A stretch of 64,000 bases of DNA from Clostridiales bacterium (GCA_016282315.1 JAEEKG010000096.1:4447-68446), one strand, 5' to 3'; shown: positions 56,258 to 64,000, counted from the stretch's first letter. The notes: generated by a model from the letters alone, not told the origin. Program-made: numbers and translations.

Positions 56258-56279
56258 TAATTGTCTGACTCATTGTATA

Positions 56280-56579
56280 TTATTCAATAGTCAAAATATC
56301 ACTAAAGCCAGTAACCTCAAGTATTTCCATAACTGTTTCACTGACGTTGATAATCTTCATTCCGCCCTTTTTGGACATTGTTTTTTGTGAAACAAGCAAT
56401 ACTCTCAAACCAGCTGATGAAATATAGTCCAGTTTTGCAAAGTCGAAAACAAATTCATCCACTTTTTCTGCAGCTTCTCTGATTTGATTCTCAAAACTAG
56501 CAGAAGTATTCGTGTCAAGACGACCTTCCAAAGCAAAAACCGCCTTATTATTTTCGATTGTTTTGTTAATATTAAGCAT
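56280..56579 (-). CDS. stand-alone STAS-domain anti-sigma-factor antagonist (SpoIIAA/RsbV-like)
   Basis: LDYISSAGLRVLLVSQK...LEVTGFSDILTI. GGAGGA upstream favours the Met at 56579 over the track start 56627. Confidence 0.85.
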   Translation of the reverse strand: MLNINKTIENNKAVFALEGRLDTNTSASFENQIREAAEKVDEFVFDFAKLDYISSAGLRVLLVSQKTMSKKGGMKIINVSETVMEILEVTGFSDILTIE

Positions 56580-56698
56580 ATTCATTTCCTCCAAATAAGG
56601 ATATTTTATGTTAATATATATTACCAATGTTATTGGTGAATGTCAATCATCGTTAGGGTCATTTTTTATTAAGCTAATTTACAAAGTGGTGTGATAAC

Positions 56699-56726
56699 TT
56701 GACTTATTGTTTTTCTTTGGTATAAT
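56699..56726 (+). promoter_or_regulatory. sigma-A type promoter for the glycosyltransferase pair
   Basis: TTGACT (56699-56704), 16-nt spacer, TGgTATAAT extended -10 (TATAAT 56721-56726). Confidence 0.6.
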
Positions 56727-56739
56727 GTTATTACAAAGA

Positions 56740-56778
56740 GCCGAGTTGATTCCTTAGTTCAAAGTCGGCCATTTTTTT
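56740..56778 (+). terminator. terminator-like hairpin + T7 inside the short leader of the glycosyltransferase operon (possible attenuator)
   Basis: GCCGA...TCGGC stem with extra inner pairs, followed by CATTTTTTT. It sits between the predicted promoter and the SD (GAGGAGGA). Confidence 0.45.
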
Positions 56779-56800
56779 CGCCTTTGAGGAGGAAGCTAAA

Positions 56801-57958
56801 TTGAATAAAATCAGAGTTTTGTTTCCTTTTGTCGAGGCTGGTTTTGGTCATATCATGCCAATGAAGGCAATAGTTGAGACCTTCCAGAAAAAATATGGCG
56901 ATAAAGTTGAAGTCATATCTTCAAACTTCTACACTGAGACTTCAGACAAGCATCTGATAAGATATGAAAAAATGCTTACCAATCAAGTCAGATTGTACAA
57001 CATTTCACCCCATATAGGGTATTTGGTAACATTTGCCAATTCTTTGTTCGGAGCTACATTATCCAATTGGGGATCGGTAAAACTTGTTGGACCTATATCC
57101 TGCAAAAGAGCAATAGAACACATGGAAGAATTGAAACCTGATGTCGTGTTCAGCACGCACTGGTCTCCGAATTACTATGCTGAAAACATGAAGAACAAAC
57201 CTTTAACGGTTCTCTTTTGCCCTGATGCAAGATTAAGCAAATTATACTTCTACAGAAGCGATTTGGCTCTTATAAGCATGCCGCATGGTTATCATATAGC
57301 TTTGAGACACAAAAGATTCAATTTAAACAATTTAAAGCTTGTCCCTTTCCTGATCAGAAATGAAGCATTCGAAATCTTCAAAACAGACAAAAAAGAATTG
57401 AGAATGAGATTGGGTATACCTGTTGACAACTTCACCATTATACTTGCAGAAGGCGGATACGGAATCGGCAAAATTGAAAGCATGAGTAAGTTGTTGGTTA
57501 AAGAAAAAATACCGCTTACAGTAATTGCCATTTGTGGGACAAATAAGGGACTGTACAAAAGACTTAAATCTCTTCAGAGCACAGAATATGTGACATTATT
57601 GCCAATGGGCTTTTCCGATAGAATATTGGAATATGAAGCTGCCTCAGACATTTTTTGCGGTAAAAGCGGGAACATTTTGGCTGAGTCAACTTTCTTTGGA
57701 GTCCCATCAATAGCAACCCACTTTGCCAATAAAATTGAGGAAAACATTGCAGACCATTACATCAATACAGTCGGGTGTACAATAAAAGAGTTTTCGCCTA
57801 AAAAAGCGGTTAGAATGATACATCATTTCGCAACTGATGATAGATTGCTGGAACCCTATAGAACTGCTGCCTTGAATTATCATGAGCATTTTGGTGCGGA
57901 GCAAGCAGCGGATGAGCTCTGGAAAAAAATAGTCGAAAAATATCCTGACATTAAATAA
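56801..57958 (+). CDS. MGDG-synthase/UgtP-like (GT28-type) diacylglycerol glycosyltransferase
   Basis: N-terminus VLFPFVEAGFGHIMPMKAI is typical of the MGDG_synth domain, and the C-terminal half is GT-B. TTG start with a strong SD. Confidence 0.7.
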   Translation: MNKIRVLFPFVEAGFGHIMPMKAIVETFQKKYGDKVEVISSNFYTETSDKHLIRYEKMLTNQVRLYNISPHIGYLVTFANSLFGATLSNWGSVKLVGPISCKRAIEHMEELKPDVVFSTHWSPNYYAENMKNKPLTVLFCPDARLSKLYFYRSDLALISMPHGYHIALRHKRFNLNNLKLVPFLIRNEAFEIFKTDKKELRMRLGIPVDNFTIILAEGGYGIGKIESMSKLLVKEKIPLTVIAICGTNKGLYKRLKSLQSTEYVTLLPMGFSDRILEYEAASDIFCGKSGNILAESTFFGVPSIATHFANKIEENIADHYINTVGCTIKEFSPKKAVRMIHHFATDDRLLEPYRTAALNYHEHFGAEQAADELWKKIVEKYPDIK

Positions 57959-57997
57959 TTATAAAAAGGACTTGGTAAGCCAAGACATTCATTTAAC

Positions 57998-59314
57998 ATG
58001 ACATATTTAGAAATTGTTCAATTAGTGTTTAATATCATATTCACTATTATGGGTGCAATTATGGCACATTTCGTCATATTTGCAGTTGTCGGTATTTTCA
58101 AAAGAAAAAAATTTCCGAAGACTGATAGAATCAACAAATATGGGCTTATTATACCCGCAAGAAATGAGGAAAAAGTTGTTGCTGGACTTATAGAAAGCAT
58201 ACAAAAAAACAATTATCCTCAAGATAAATTGCAGATTTTTGTGATTGCCCACAACTGCACTGATAAAACAGCTGAAATTGCACGAAAACATGGAGCAACA
58301 GTGTATGAATACAATAACCCAAACGAATGTACTATGGGATATGCATTCAAATATTTGTTCTCTTGCATTGAGAAAGATTATGGCACACAAAACTATGATG
58401 GTTTCTTTATGTTCAACGCCGATAATTTATTAGATGCCAACTATATCTCCAAAATGAATGATGCTTTTGAGTATTACAACAAAGAATCAGTAATCACATC
58501 ATACCGAAATTCAAAAAATTATGGTTCTAATCTTATTTCAGGTCTTTATGGTTTGTATTTTTCTGAAGGTTGCAGACTTGAAAGCGCAGGAAGAACAGTA
58601 TTAGGTTGTTCGACTCGTGTGCAAGGTACTGGATACCTAATCAGTTCGAAAGTTGTAAAGAATGGTTGGCCATATGTTTCTCTGACTGAAGACTGGGAAT
58701 TCTCAGCTGATCAAATATTGCACGACAATAAGATTCGATATTGTGATGAAGCTATCTTTTATGATGAGCAACCAGTAAACGTTCGTATTATGTGGCGTCA
58801 GAGACTTCGCTGGGCAAGAGGACACTTGCTTGTGTTCTATGCAAGATTTACTGATTTGTTTAAGCACTTATTTAAAAAAGGAACAAAACATCGCTTTTCC
58901 CTTTACGATATCACTGTGAATATACTTCCATCCCCAGTTATGATGGCTTTTCTACAATTGTTACAATTAGTTTTAGTGTTAATCACGCCTTTAATTGACA
59001 GGAGTGTAACAATGAATCAGGTCTTGTTCGGAGACACTGCAAACTTGTTATTATCCGGTGGATTAGTATATTCGACAATAAGATCTGCAATAATCTCTTC
59101 ATGCGGCTTAATTCTTTCAGCAATTCTTGTATTCATTCTTGACGGCAAAAGAATCAAAAATGTCAGCTTATTGAAAAAAGTTCTTATTTGCATCTTTTGG
59201 CCAATATTTTTGCTCATTCAATTACCCATCGAAGTTCAGGCTTTCTTTTCAAAAAAACTTGGATGGAAAACAATACCTCATGAAGATCAAACCAAGTTTG
59301 AACATGTAAACTAA
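57998..59314 (+). CDS. membrane-bound processive family-2 glycosyltransferase (PgaC/IcaA/cellulose-synthase-like)
   Basis: N-terminal TM, IIPARNEE, FNADN (DxD), QRLRWARG (QxxRW) and C-terminal TM bundle. Confidence 0.75.
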   Translation: MTYLEIVQLVFNIIFTIMGAIMAHFVIFAVVGIFKRKKFPKTDRINKYGLIIPARNEEKVVAGLIESIQKNNYPQDKLQIFVIAHNCTDKTAEIARKHGATVYEYNNPNECTMGYAFKYLFSCIEKDYGTQNYDGFFMFNADNLLDANYISKMNDAFEYYNKESVITSYRNSKNYGSNLISGLYGLYFSEGCRLESAGRTVLGCSTRVQGTGYLISSKVVKNGWPYVSLTEDWEFSADQILHDNKIRYCDEAIFYDEQPVNVRIMWRQRLRWARGHLLVFYARFTDLFKHLFKKGTKHRFSLYDITVNILPSPVMMAFLQLLQLVLVLITPLIDRSVTMNQVLFGDTANLLLSGGLVYSTIRSAIISSCGLILSAILVFILDGKRIKNVSLLKKVLICIFWPIFLLIQLPIEVQAFFSKKLGWKTIPHEDQTKFEHVN

Positions 59315-59329
59315 ATATATTCAACAATT

Positions 59330-59379
59330 AAGGCTGTTTATACCTGCCGGCAAGTGCCAAAGGTAGGTTAAACAGCCTT
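59330..59379. terminator. long bidirectional hairpin between the convergent GT2 and BNR genes
   Basis: AAGGCTGTTTA+TACCT / AGGTA+TAAACAGCCTT stem followed by TTCTCTGTTT. Confidence 0.7.
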
Positions 59380-59388
59380 TTCTCTGTT

Positions 59389-60462
59389 TCACTTTATATC
59401 TAAAAACCAATGCAAAATATTTACACAACCTTTTGAATAAGGCACTGATGACTGGATTAAAACTCTTTGTTTTCCATCAGAATCTTCAAGAACTATATTA
59501 TTTGAGTAGTATGCAGTCTGACCATGTTCATCTGAATAAATGTATTCTCCGTCATCCCAATGAATTCCGTCAAGACTCGTGTACAAAACGAAATCCATAG
59601 GATAATCCCTATATGGTTCTTTTTGATTGCATCCGGATCTTCCGTGAAGAATGTATCCGTTTTTCAGTTTTGCAACCTGTGGATTGCGTATTCTCTTCTT
59701 ACAATAGCTATTTCCAGTTTCAGTCCATGTCAATCCCATATCCGGGCTGATGCAATAAAACATGTTGAACTCATCGTCCTGATTATACTGGTAACAAATA
59801 AGGCTTCCGTCATCTCTTATAGCCATATTGCCGTATGCATGATGGAAAGTCTCTCCCGGAAGTTCGGAACGAAGCTTGAATGTTTCACCATAATCCGAAC
59901 TTTCATAGATATAGTACCTGTGTTCAGGATTTACAGCGAGAAAATCATCATTAGCAAGAAGTAATAAGTAAATGACACCGTCTTTTACTAATGCATCATA
60001 AATTCTTCCCTTTTTATCACAAATAAGTTTAGGTTCAGACCAAGTTTCTCCGCCATCATTACTTTTTATAACGATAGGCTCTAGGTAAGGTTCCCATCCA
60101 TTGACATTTTCATTTCTGATACAAAGAGCAACTATTTCGTTTTCCTGAGTAGATACAGCCTTTTCACAACTTATTGTAAATGGTTCATTGATTAATGCGT
60201 AGTAAGAATATGGCAACGTCTTTCCTTCATCCCAAGTTACACCGCCATCGCAGGATCTTTTGTATTCCAGCCATCCAAAACCATTGTGTCCAGGCGCCCA
60301 CTTATTTCTTTTTCCGGAGCAATTTGAATAGAAAGCCATCACATGATTTTTCTTATACTCAACTAAAGCATGGCTCAGATGTCCGCTTCTGTGATTTTTC
60401 TCATGGTTGACAAACATTTCTCCTCCCTCAGGAGTAAGTGTGTATTCAAGATAATGTTCCAT
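59389..60462 (-). CDS. cytoplasmic BNR/Asp-box beta-propeller protein (sialidase-fold, no signal peptide)
   Basis: Five Asp-boxes: SCDGGVTW, SNDGGETW, SSDYGETF, SPDMGLTW, SLDGIHW. Confidence 0.75.
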   Translation of the reverse strand: MEHYLEYTLTPEGGEMFVNHEKNHRSGHLSHALVEYKKNHVMAFYSNCSGKRNKWAPGHNGFGWLEYKRSCDGGVTWDEGKTLPYSYYALINEPFTISCEKAVSTQENEIVALCIRNENVNGWEPYLEPIVIKSNDGGETWSEPKLICDKKGRIYDALVKDGVIYLLLLANDDFLAVNPEHRYYIYESSDYGETFKLRSELPGETFHHAYGNMAIRDDGSLICYQYNQDDEFNMFYCISPDMGLTWTETGNSYCKKRIRNPQVAKLKNGYILHGRSGCNQKEPYRDYPMDFVLYTSLDGIHWDDGEYIYSDEHGQTAYYSNNIVLEDSDGKQRVLIQSSVPYSKGCVNILHWFLDIK

Positions 60463-60472
60463 TATTTACCTC

Positions 60473-61570
60473 TCATTCAAGTGTCCAAATCATCTGTTTG
60501 ATGATTGAAAAATTGTTTTCTTTTTCATACCAAATCGTCAACAATGACCCATCTTTTCTTTGAATGGTAGCCGGATATCCCAAATCGCTGCTGGGAGCAT
60601 TTTCAGTTAATTTTATTTCTTCACCGAATGTTTCTCCGCCGTCTTTGCTCACTATCGCTCTGATGCCCATGTTTCCGTTTCTGCATGCGTATGACATGAC
60701 AAGCTCTTTGTTTTCAGTCATCAGAAGATGTGGTGGTGAGCCGGCAAGCGTCGGGATAATCTGTTTAGGTACAGTAAAAGTCTTTCCTCCGTCATCTGAG
60801 TGTGACAAGAACACCGTGAACATCGGATGCTCATTATATCTTTGCGCCCTTATGGCGACAAGTATTCTAGCGCTTTCAAGTTGTAACGCATGGGGTTCAC
60901 AGGAAAAGCCTACTCCGAATTCGTCTTCGCATCCGGGAATTGTTGAAATTATATGAAAATCTTCATTATCATCCATGACCGCACAACAAACTCTGGAGTA
61001 ATCTTCAACAGCTTTTGGATCTTTGTTTGCAAACTCTCTTCCGACCCATATTATTCTGCCGTCATTTGCTTTAAATGGACCGTGAGGACTAGTTACAGGG
61101 CTCTTTTTCAATCCTTCAAAAGTATAGCCGCCATCTCTGCTTATTTTATATGTTGAAGCCCAATATTTATCTACATCATCCTGAGAAATAGTATTGACGT
61201 ATGCCATCATCAATTTTACTCTCTCTCCGAAATCTCCGCTTCTGAGGCTGTTTGCTATCCAGTTCAATTGATCCTGAGGCTTGTTGTTGAAAGATGTAAC
61301 AATAACCCTTTTACCATCAACACATATGCCGCTGTCTCTGTCATCAAGAGGAGTGTCAATTAAAACTGCTGGTCTAGTCCATGTTTGTCCTTCATCACTG
61401 CTGTAAGATATAACTGCTTTTCCAAAAGGACAAAGATGTCTGAGTCTGAAACCCGAGCAAACTGCTGCAAGTCTTCCATCATATAATCTAGCAATGCTTG
61501 GCCAAGCAAAATATCCGAATACTGAGTCCGGATTATCTATGATAGTTTTTGGTGATTGAATGATTCTCAT
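60473..61570 (-). CDS. second cytoplasmic BNR/Asp-box beta-propeller protein (paralog-like)
   Basis: Asp-boxes SSDEGQTW, SRDGGYTF, SDDGGKTF, SKDGGETF. AGGGAGA SD supports the Met at 61570; the track start is 61636. Confidence 0.75.
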   Translation of the reverse strand: MRIIQSPKTIIDNPDSVFGYFAWPSIARLYDGRLAAVCSGFRLRHLCPFGKAVISYSSDEGQTWTRPAVLIDTPLDDRDSGICVDGKRVIVTSFNNKPQDQLNWIANSLRSGDFGERVKLMMAYVNTISQDDVDKYWASTYKISRDGGYTFEGLKKSPVTSPHGPFKANDGRIIWVGREFANKDPKAVEDYSRVCCAVMDDNEDFHIISTIPGCEDEFGVGFSCEPHALQLESARILVAIRAQRYNEHPMFTVFLSHSDDGGKTFTVPKQIIPTLAGSPPHLLMTENKELVMSYACRNGNMGIRAIVSKDGGETFGEEIKLTENAPSSDLGYPATIQRKDGSLLTIWYEKENNFSIIKQMIWTLE

Positions 61571-61745
61571 AAGAATTCTCCCTTTATTATCTTCAAAACA
61601 ATGATAACATATGAAAAAGCACAAATAAATAGACATTTGACAAAAATAAACTTGTATTTAATCTTTCTTATGAATAAAATATTTATGAACAACAAAGAGA
61701 CATACTTTTTCATTTTGATTATGTTTCCTTTAAGGAAGGCAAATT

Positions 61746-63008
61746 ATGGATTTCTATCTAAGTTCAATCATTCTTATAGAACTATTAATGGCTGCAATGA
61801 CGATACATGTCATCCGCTACTCAGGTTTTAATAACCAGCAAAAGGGATGGTATATTGGCACTTTTGTAACCGTTATGATTTGTTCTGCCGCTGAATATGC
61901 TGTACATTGTGGTTACTATGATCCAAAATTTGCAACAATTCTCACAATCATAACTGTAATTCAGTTCTCATTGGCTCCTCCTTTGGCTGTGTTCTTTGTA
62001 GGTGCGCTTGGTCTTCACAAGGCATCCAAAAGAGCTCTTTGGTTCTTTATACCTCATGCAATAATAGAAATAGTGTCAGCCCCATTCGGATGGATTTTTA
62101 AATTTGCAGAAGACGGATATCACAGAGGAAGTTTATTTAGTTTATACTCTGCTTTCTATTTTGTTAGTTTAATTTTCCTAATGGTAAGCATGGTAGTGGT
62201 GGGCAGGAAATTCAAGCACAGAGATGGTGTTACTATTATAATGGTAGTATTGATTCTTATTGCAGGAATATTGCCGGTAACATTCTTGAATATTCACACC
62301 GCTTATATAAGCATAGGAATGGCAGCGTGCCTCTGTTATATTTACTACAACGACCTTGTTCAGGAAGATACAAAAGCTGAATTGATATCCAAACAGCAAA
62401 GAATAACAGATATGCAGGAACATATGATTTCAGGACTTGCAAGTGTTATTGAAAGCAGAGATACAGAAACCGGTGAACATGTATCAAGAACAAGACAATA
62501 TGTTAAGATGATTTCTGAAGGTGCAAAGAAAGAAGGAATTTACACTAATGAAATTGATGACAATTTCATTTCTTTGATGTATACTTTGGCCCCAATGCAC
62601 GATGTTGGAAAAATAGTAGTTTCAGATACTATTCTGAAAAAACCTGCCAGATTGACTCCCGAAGAATATGAAGAGATGAAAAAACACGCTTCTTCAGGAG
62701 GAGTTGTAGTCAGACAGATATTATCCGGTATAACTGATGAAACATACCTCAAATTTGCTTCAGATATTGCAACATATCACCATGAAAGATGGGACGGAAG
62801 CGGATATCCCGAAGGACTAAAGGGCGAAGAAATACCTCTCTGCGCAAGAATAATGGCCATAGCTGATGTTTATGACGCTTTAATTTCTAAGAGGTGCTAT
62901 AAAGAAGCTATTCCTGTTGACAAAGCAATTGAAGTCATAAAAGAAGAGTCAGAAACTCATTTCGATCCAAAGCTGGTCGATGTCTTCTTGAAATACGTAA
63001 ATAGCTAA
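61746..63008 (+). CDS. HD-GYP-domain phosphodiesterase with an N-terminal ~6-7 TM sensor module
   Basis: GEHVSRT, MHDVGK, HHERWDGSGYPEGL (HD-GYP), ADVYDAL. The first ~200 aa are hydrophobic. Confidence 0.85.
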   Translation: MDFYLSSIILIELLMAAMTIHVIRYSGFNNQQKGWYIGTFVTVMICSAAEYAVHCGYYDPKFATILTIITVIQFSLAPPLAVFFVGALGLHKASKRALWFFIPHAIIEIVSAPFGWIFKFAEDGYHRGSLFSLYSAFYFVSLIFLMVSMVVVGRKFKHRDGVTIIMVVLILIAGILPVTFLNIHTAYISIGMAACLCYIYYNDLVQEDTKAELISKQQRITDMQEHMISGLASVIESRDTETGEHVSRTRQYVKMISEGAKKEGIYTNEIDDNFISLMYTLAPMHDVGKIVVSDTILKKPARLTPEEYEEMKKHASSGGVVVRQILSGITDETYLKFASDIATYHHERWDGSGYPEGLKGEEIPLCARIMAIADVYDALISKRCYKEAIPVDKAIEVIKEESETHFDPKLVDVFLKYVNS

Positions 63009-63016
63009 TAAAAAAT

Positions 63017-63055
63017 GGATGGATTATGACAAAATCATTTTCCATCCTTTTTTTT
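63017..63055 (+). terminator. rho-independent terminator of the HD-GYP gene
   Basis: GGATGGA / TCCATCC stem with inner ATGA/TCAT pairs, followed by T8. It overlaps the stop codon of the convergent gene. Confidence 0.75.
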
Positions 63056-64000
63056 ACTTGGTGAATTCATCCCAAGGAATATCCACTTTAACCTTTTTAG
63101 TCAATATATCATCTACATGCATTAAAAGCGGAAAATCATTAAGATCCAGTTCCCCTTTACCTGCTTTAATTCTTATAGCTCTTGCAACTCTCCTGGCAAC
63201 AACCAACGACTCCAAGGTGACTCCGGAGAGTTCTTTTTGTGCCTGGTCTATGTCCAATCCTCTTCCCAGCAAAATGCCAACGAGTCGAGTTCTTCCGCCA
63301 TATACTGTGACATATAAGTCGCCAAAACCAACCGCTCTGTTATCTATGGTATCAGCTCCCCTAAGCGATAGGAGTTTTGTCATTTCTTTTGTGGCTTGTC
63401 CGAACACTGCTGCCTGTGAATTATAATGCAATTCACTGTCAATTCCATATTCCTTTTGGTTTACCCCAATAGTCAGAGCGACCGCCAGTGCATAACCATT
63501 TTTCAGAGCCACTGCTGTTTCAATACCGATAACGTCCGTAGTAATGTTTATGTGATAGTAGCTAGTCTGCATCACTTCTTTAAGATGTTTTAGAGTATCT
63601 ATATTCCTGCCGCAAAAAGACACTACTGTCTGATCGTGTGCAACCAATTCATAGCTTGTACATGGACCGCCTACGGCATTCAAGTCGACAGCAATTCCCT
63701 TTTCCTTGCACTTTTGTTCCCAATATTCTGGATAAGATATAAGACTGCCGTCCTGAAGATCAATTAACCCCTTTGTCACGGTCAATACTGGAACGCCTTT
63801 TGGAATTCGAGGCAATACATAATCAGCAAACCAGTCAACTCCAAAACTTGACACCCCACCAATTACCATATCAGCGTTTTTCAATGCATCATCCAATTCT
63901 TCTATTTGATAGTATTCAACTCCACTTGGAAATGGAGTTGAGAACTTTGGATGCTTTCCTGTCTTCCTGCATTCATCTATTATTTCTTTGTCCAGATGAG
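63054..64000 (-). CDS. NAD(P)H-dependent glycerol-3-phosphate dehydrogenase-family protein; 5' end lies beyond the right edge
   Basis: C-terminal-domain motifs (DVIGIETAVALKNGYALAVAL, RNRAVG-like). The reading frame stays open upstream of the track's TTG start all the way to position 64000. Confidence 0.6.
   Translation of the reverse strand, partial: HLDKEIIDECRKTGKHPKFSTPFPSGVEYYQIEELDDALKNADMVIGGVSSFGVDWFADYVLPRIPKGVPVLTVTKGLIDLQDGSLISYPEYWEQKCKEKGIAVDLNAVGGPCTSYELVAHDQTVVSFCGRNIDTLKHLKEVMQTSYYHINITTDVIGIETAVALKNGYALAVALTIGVNQKEYGIDSELHYNSQAAVFGQATKEMTKLLSLRGADTIDNRAVGFGDLYVTVYGGRTRLVGILLGRGLDIDQAQKELSGVTLESLVVARRVARAIRIKAGKGELDLNDFPLLMHVDDILTKKVKVDIPWDEFTK

Noticed and set aside
55936-56268. 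Two ORFs from the track inside the GC-rich spacer: 55936-56145 minus (69 aa) and 56029-56268 plus (79 aa).
   Set aside because: Their codons are rich in G/C at the third position (CGG, GCC, GGG, CUC, GUG), unlike every confident gene here. The peptide sequences look random. The only SD-like GGAGG is buried in a hairpin. The region is better explained as structured RNA, though translation of the 69-codon ORF is listed as a refutation test.
1-64000. Search for CRISPR arrays, IS elements or transposases, integrases, phage genes, restriction-modification, toxin-antitoxin or known defence-system genes.
   Set aside because: I saw no regularly spaced direct repeats, no terminal inverted repeats flanking an ORF, and no translations resembling transposase, integrase, recombinase, nuclease-helicase or other defence proteins. 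The only tandem repeats are in-frame coding repeats (46345-46569).

Overview
Chromosomal segment from a low-GC (mid-30s % G+C) Firmicutes/Clostridia-like bacterium. It is densely coding: about 53 protein genes and 2 tRNAs. I found no rRNA, CRISPR array, IS element, transposase or prophage gene. Most of it is housekeeping: a dnaG-rpoD operon, hflX-yigZ, rpmE, murD-rsmA, cmk-plsC-ispH-rpsA, tmcAL, ackA, purA/purB/guaA, xpt, mtnN, a BMP-type nucleoside ABC transporter and a membrane pyrophosphatase. The parts worth a second look are listed here.
1. 53.7-56.6 kb: a stand-alone STAS protein, then a 418-nt GC-rich, hairpin-dense spacer that looks like an unclassified structured RNA. Next comes a STAS / APH-type kinase / GHKL anti-sigma-kinase triple fusion, followed 9 nt later by a small (p)ppGpp-hydrolase-like HD protein. 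No sigma factor or PP2C phosphatase is nearby.
2. 28.1-32.8 kb: a biotin-dependent Na+-decarboxylase cluster that carries both an acyl-CoA-type and an oxaloacetate/pyruvate-type carboxyltransferase.
3. 0.5-3.9 kb: a D-aspartate-ligase-like ATP-grasp gene, an aspartate racemase and a Lys-type MurE. Together these predict an L-Lys-D-Asp peptidoglycan.
4. 45.3-50.6 kb: an XRE-HTH fused to a polytopic membrane domain, coupled to a lipase-like lipoprotein and followed by a Thr/Glu-repeat LamG lipoprotein.
5. 59.4-61.6 kb: two tandem cytoplasmic BNR propeller paralogs.
All calls come from reading the translations and the sequence by eye. No database search was run.
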